Translations under genes and position numbers: made by a program
Assembly (NCBI GenBank): GCA_020137815.1
Contig: CM035359.1
Coordinates: forward strand, 5,146,001 to 5,210,000
From: Hormiphora californensis
Taxonomy: Eukaryota > Animalia > Ctenophora
DNA: 64,000 nucleotides
Reading direction: 5' to 3'
Shown: positions 41,463-64,000 of the stretch, piece after piece
How the letters are laid out: each line of letters begins with the position of its first letter
Position numbering within the stretch: position 1 is the first letter of the stretch
Notes under the pieces: model-generated
The model's input: the letters and a program-made list of their open reading frames with translations, nothing else
Told to the model about the DNA's origin: nothing
Databases searched by the model: none

Positions 41463-42062
41463 CCGAATTAAGGCCTGAAGGTACTTACGTCTGCATTACG
41501 TCCTGACTAATTCAGTACTTAATTCCTGCATTCTGTCATGCCACACCCATCCTTACCTTCCTGTACTTCCTTCCTTCCTTCCTTCCTTCCTTCCTTCCTT
41601 CCTTCCTTCCTTCCTTCCTTCCTTCCTTCCTTTGACCAACATCGTCTCTACAGCAACGCCCCCTCTTAACCGGAAATCAGTGTCAGAATCAATGTGTTTT
41701 AATACATAAGAAATCCAGTGAGGCAGTGCATACATGGGTTTTTTGCCATACTAGGTTTTTTTCACGATCAAACGCCCTTCCCAACATGATTTACACTCAC
41801 CTCTTACACTACGACTTCTTTATTATTTCCTGATTTTTACAAGCCATCTCCCATTATTGTTATGTTGATCAACTAACCGCTCCTTCTCAATCAATTAAAT
41901 ATCCCTTCCTCCATCAGTTTGATGAGGAAAAGATGAAACTAACACTGGAAGTTCTGGATTTGACACGTTGGGAGATATCATATGTGGAGGAGATAAATGA
42001 GTGAGATGTCCTTACTTACATTGAAAGAGAAATACTGGAATCAATAACACGGAATAAGTAAA

Positions 42063-42507
42063 GTCGGATTTTAAATAACTGTCGTTTCTAAAAAATAACA
42101 AAATTTGTCATATCTCCGGTTAATGATAAGATAGAGACTTGAAATTAGGAGGTTCGGAAGAACTTAACAAGGGCGCGCACAGACTGTTCATGCGTGATCA
42201 TGTCCATAAGTGGGCAAGACCCAATTATGCCCAATTAGAACACTTTCCCGATCTCAGACAGATTGGAAAAGTTGCTTACGTGATTCAGCGTATCAAAATT
42301 AGTCGGGTACAGTGGTTTTCGCTTTTATATGAATAAGTTTCAGTTTTCAGTCCACTTATGGACATGATCACGCATGAACAGTCTGTGTGCACCCCAAGAT
42401 CTTCGTAACCTCCAAATTTCACGTCTCTATCTCATCAGGAACCAGACTTATGGTTATTTTAAGAAATTTGAAAACTCTAAAAAAACGACAGTTATTTAAA
42501 ATCCGAC
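42063..42507. mobile_element. Palindromic MITE with long imperfect TIRs
   Basis: GTCGGATTTTAAATAACTGTCGTTT...AAACGACAGTTATTTAAAATCCGAC, plus an internal inverted pair CACAGACTGTTCATGCGTGATCATGTCCATAAGTGG. Confidence 0.8.
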
Positions 42508-42514
42508 ATTAGAA

Positions 42515-43170
42515 CCTTATCTTTTAAGTCGTTGGTCAGGCCTATTCTAGAGTATTGTTGCCTAGTCTGGAACCCTTCCAAGGCCAGTGATATCAAGGCT
42601 ATTGAGAATGTACAGAGATGTTTCACCAGACGTCTTGATGGTATGCAGGGTCACGACTATTGGGGTAGACTGAAATTGCTCAATATTATGTCCCTTCAGC
42701 GTCGGAGGCAGCGCTACATGCTGATCCATGTGTGGAAGACGATTCAGGGTTTTGTACCGAATTCTGCCCACCTAGTAATTCAACAGCACGCTAGATTGGG
42801 TACGCGGATAGTCCCTCCACCTTACCCCTATAGAGCAGAAACGAAACGAGCTAATCAATTTCATTGCTCATTCGGTCCTAGAGCAGCTCATTTATGGAAC
42901 ACTCTACCAGCTGCTGTTAATTCTTGTGTGAGCTTGAATCAGTTCAAATCATCATTGGGGAATTACTTGACAGGATTTCACGATCGTCCTCCAGTCAGAG
43001 GGTACCCGCCACTTCCAAATGACCTTTCGCCTCAATGTGCTGTGCTGTGCTGATGTGTGCGAGTGTGAAGGGATATTTTTTAACTTAATATTTATTTAGG
43101 TGGACCCATTCAGGGAAGGCCTGTTTCTTTATAAATAAAACTTTAATTGTAAACTTGTAAACTTGTAAAT
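42515..43170 (+). mobile_element. 5'-truncated CR1-group LINE 3' fragment
   Basis: Motifs VRPILEYCCLVWNP, IENVQRCFT, YWGRL..SLQRRR, LWNTLP. (TTGTAAAC)n tail at 43147-43170. Confidence 0.88.
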
Positions 43171-43358
43171 CTTTTAAAGTGGGAGTAGAGGTAATGGAGG
43201 AAAGACAGTGACCGTCTTTGGTCGTGAAACTCGTGCAACAAAAAGACTAATGTAAAACTAACAATATTGTTTTATGTACACTGAAACTTAATTGAAACGA
43301 AATGAATGTGTTTTATATTCTTCCCACACACTTTTTGTCTGAAAATGAAATTAAAGTA

Positions 43359-43579
43359 CTCCCCAAACTACTATGTCCCTCACTCGGGTTTTGTGAAATT
43401 TCCCACGGTCATAATTCCACTTTCTGATGAGATAGAGACTTGAAATTTGTTTTGTAGGAAGAACTCGACATGATCTCCTCACAAAACAAATTTCAAGTCT
43501 CTATCTCATCAGGGGGTGGAGCTATGGCTGTCTAAAATCCGGTCGCGCGCAGCCAGCAAGGGACATAGTAGTTTGGGAG
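43359..43579. mobile_element. Palindromic MITE
   Basis: CCCAAACTACTATGTCCCT...AGGGACATAGTAGTTTGGG, with an inner inverted pair CTGATGAGATAGAGACTTGAAATTTGTTTTGT. Confidence 0.75.
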
Positions 43580-44708
43580 GACCTTTAGTAACGAAATATT
43601 TCTCTCCAATATAGAATTTTCAAATAATCCAAAAGTGTGTTGATCTTGTTTGAAAACAATTAACAACTCAAGAATCTAATTGGCCTCATTTATCTTCTCA
43701 TCCTTGATTTCAGTCTTCTTCATCGAGTTTCCAAAGACAGAAGTGTGTGAAATTGTATGTTATGTAACGCGCGAGAAGAAAATTAAGGGTAAAGTACTGC
43801 TTACTTCGCGCGGTGAGCCTCTTTCACGTGGTAAGCGCGCGCTCTCTTCTGGATGCTGCGTGCACTGCACAGTACAGTCTCTTTCCGATGCTGTGCACTC
43901 TCTTTGAGGCTCTCAGACTCCTTATTGGTCACCATCAGTCTCCCAAAAACGTCCAAGAGGCCTCAAGTCTTCAAATTTTAAAAACACATTTTCACATTTT
44001 TTGAATTTGACCAATTTGGTGCGCGTCGCATGCGCGTCTCATGCGCGTCGCGATATGCGCGTCTCAACACATTCGGGGTGCCTCCTTACCATACGCTAAT
44101 AAAAGTGATACAATGCTGAGAGGTAAAACTATATACAGTTCACATCAGCGGTTCCCCCCGATGGCCGTTGCTTGCGAGTCAGTAGGGGTGTAAATAGCGA
44201 GACAATGTATGTGGCATCAGTGAGGCATAATTTCCATACCCTTTACGACATTATTCGTGATCTGAATTGACATTATTCGCGACCTAAAACGACAGAAGTC
44301 AGAACGTAAGAATTTCGCATCGAGCTGGTCTGGTTTTTTTTCTCGAGCAAACAAAAATTTCATTTTTCGACATGATATGATGCGCGGCGCTTCGATTTAC
44401 TCATGTTTGCGCTGCTGGAATCGCCGCGCATTTTGGCCGGACAGCTTTCAAAAATTTTGGAGTAAAAATCCTCAAATTTCTTCTTTTTCTCAATTCTGTG
44501 GTGCTTTTTCTTATTTTGATCCCTATCCGTTTGTATCAGCTGTAGACACTCACCTTTTTAATGGCCCATGGAACCACATTGTCATTTCAGAAGCTTGAAG
44601 ATCCAGGAAACTCGAAAATAAGAGGCTTGTTTGCCTTGAAATTGTGGTGGTTTTTTGTGAAGTCTAGATAGATCCTGTAAACTACGTTTGCTATAGCCTT
44701 ATCCAGCA

Positions 44709-63923
<19,215 letters not shown>

Positions 63924-64000
63924 GTGAGTAATATTGATGAGAATTAACAAGAAAAGCGTGACACATCACTAGTATGTAAAATTGTCGATTTCTAAACCCC

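Overview
Eukaryotic (animal) genomic DNA, intron-rich and repeat-rich. Several traits suggest a ctenophore of the Pleurobrachia/Hormiphora type: nested intronic genes, an LRR-less LDLa-GPCR and the MITE families present. This is inference only. Layout: (1) 1-10 kb is a three-level transposon nest. A minus-strand CR1/L2-type LINE is split inside its RT domain by a 6.6 kb plus-strand LINE (ATATAT target duplication), and that LINE's ORF2 is split by a 360-bp TIR element. (2) About 11.4-36.2 kb on the minus strand holds a multi-exon signal peptide + Ig + 3xFN3 gene and a probable Tyr/Pro-rich cytoplasmic tail; I did not find a TM exon. (3) 36.4-44.1 kb is a transposon and microsatellite cluster. 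(4) From 44.7 kb to the window end, on the plus strand, is CFAP70/TTC18 (19 exons traced, continuing beyond the window). Its introns host four antisense nested genes: a 178-aa orphan, a 5-exon secreted IL-17-like cystine-knot candidate that the ORF track misses, an intronless LDLa-repeat GPCR, and a secreted galactose-binding-like domain protein. The most interesting observation is the IL-17-like ligand gene lying about 1 kb downstream of the LGR-related GPCR in the same intron. All gene models were spliced by hand and no database searches were run.
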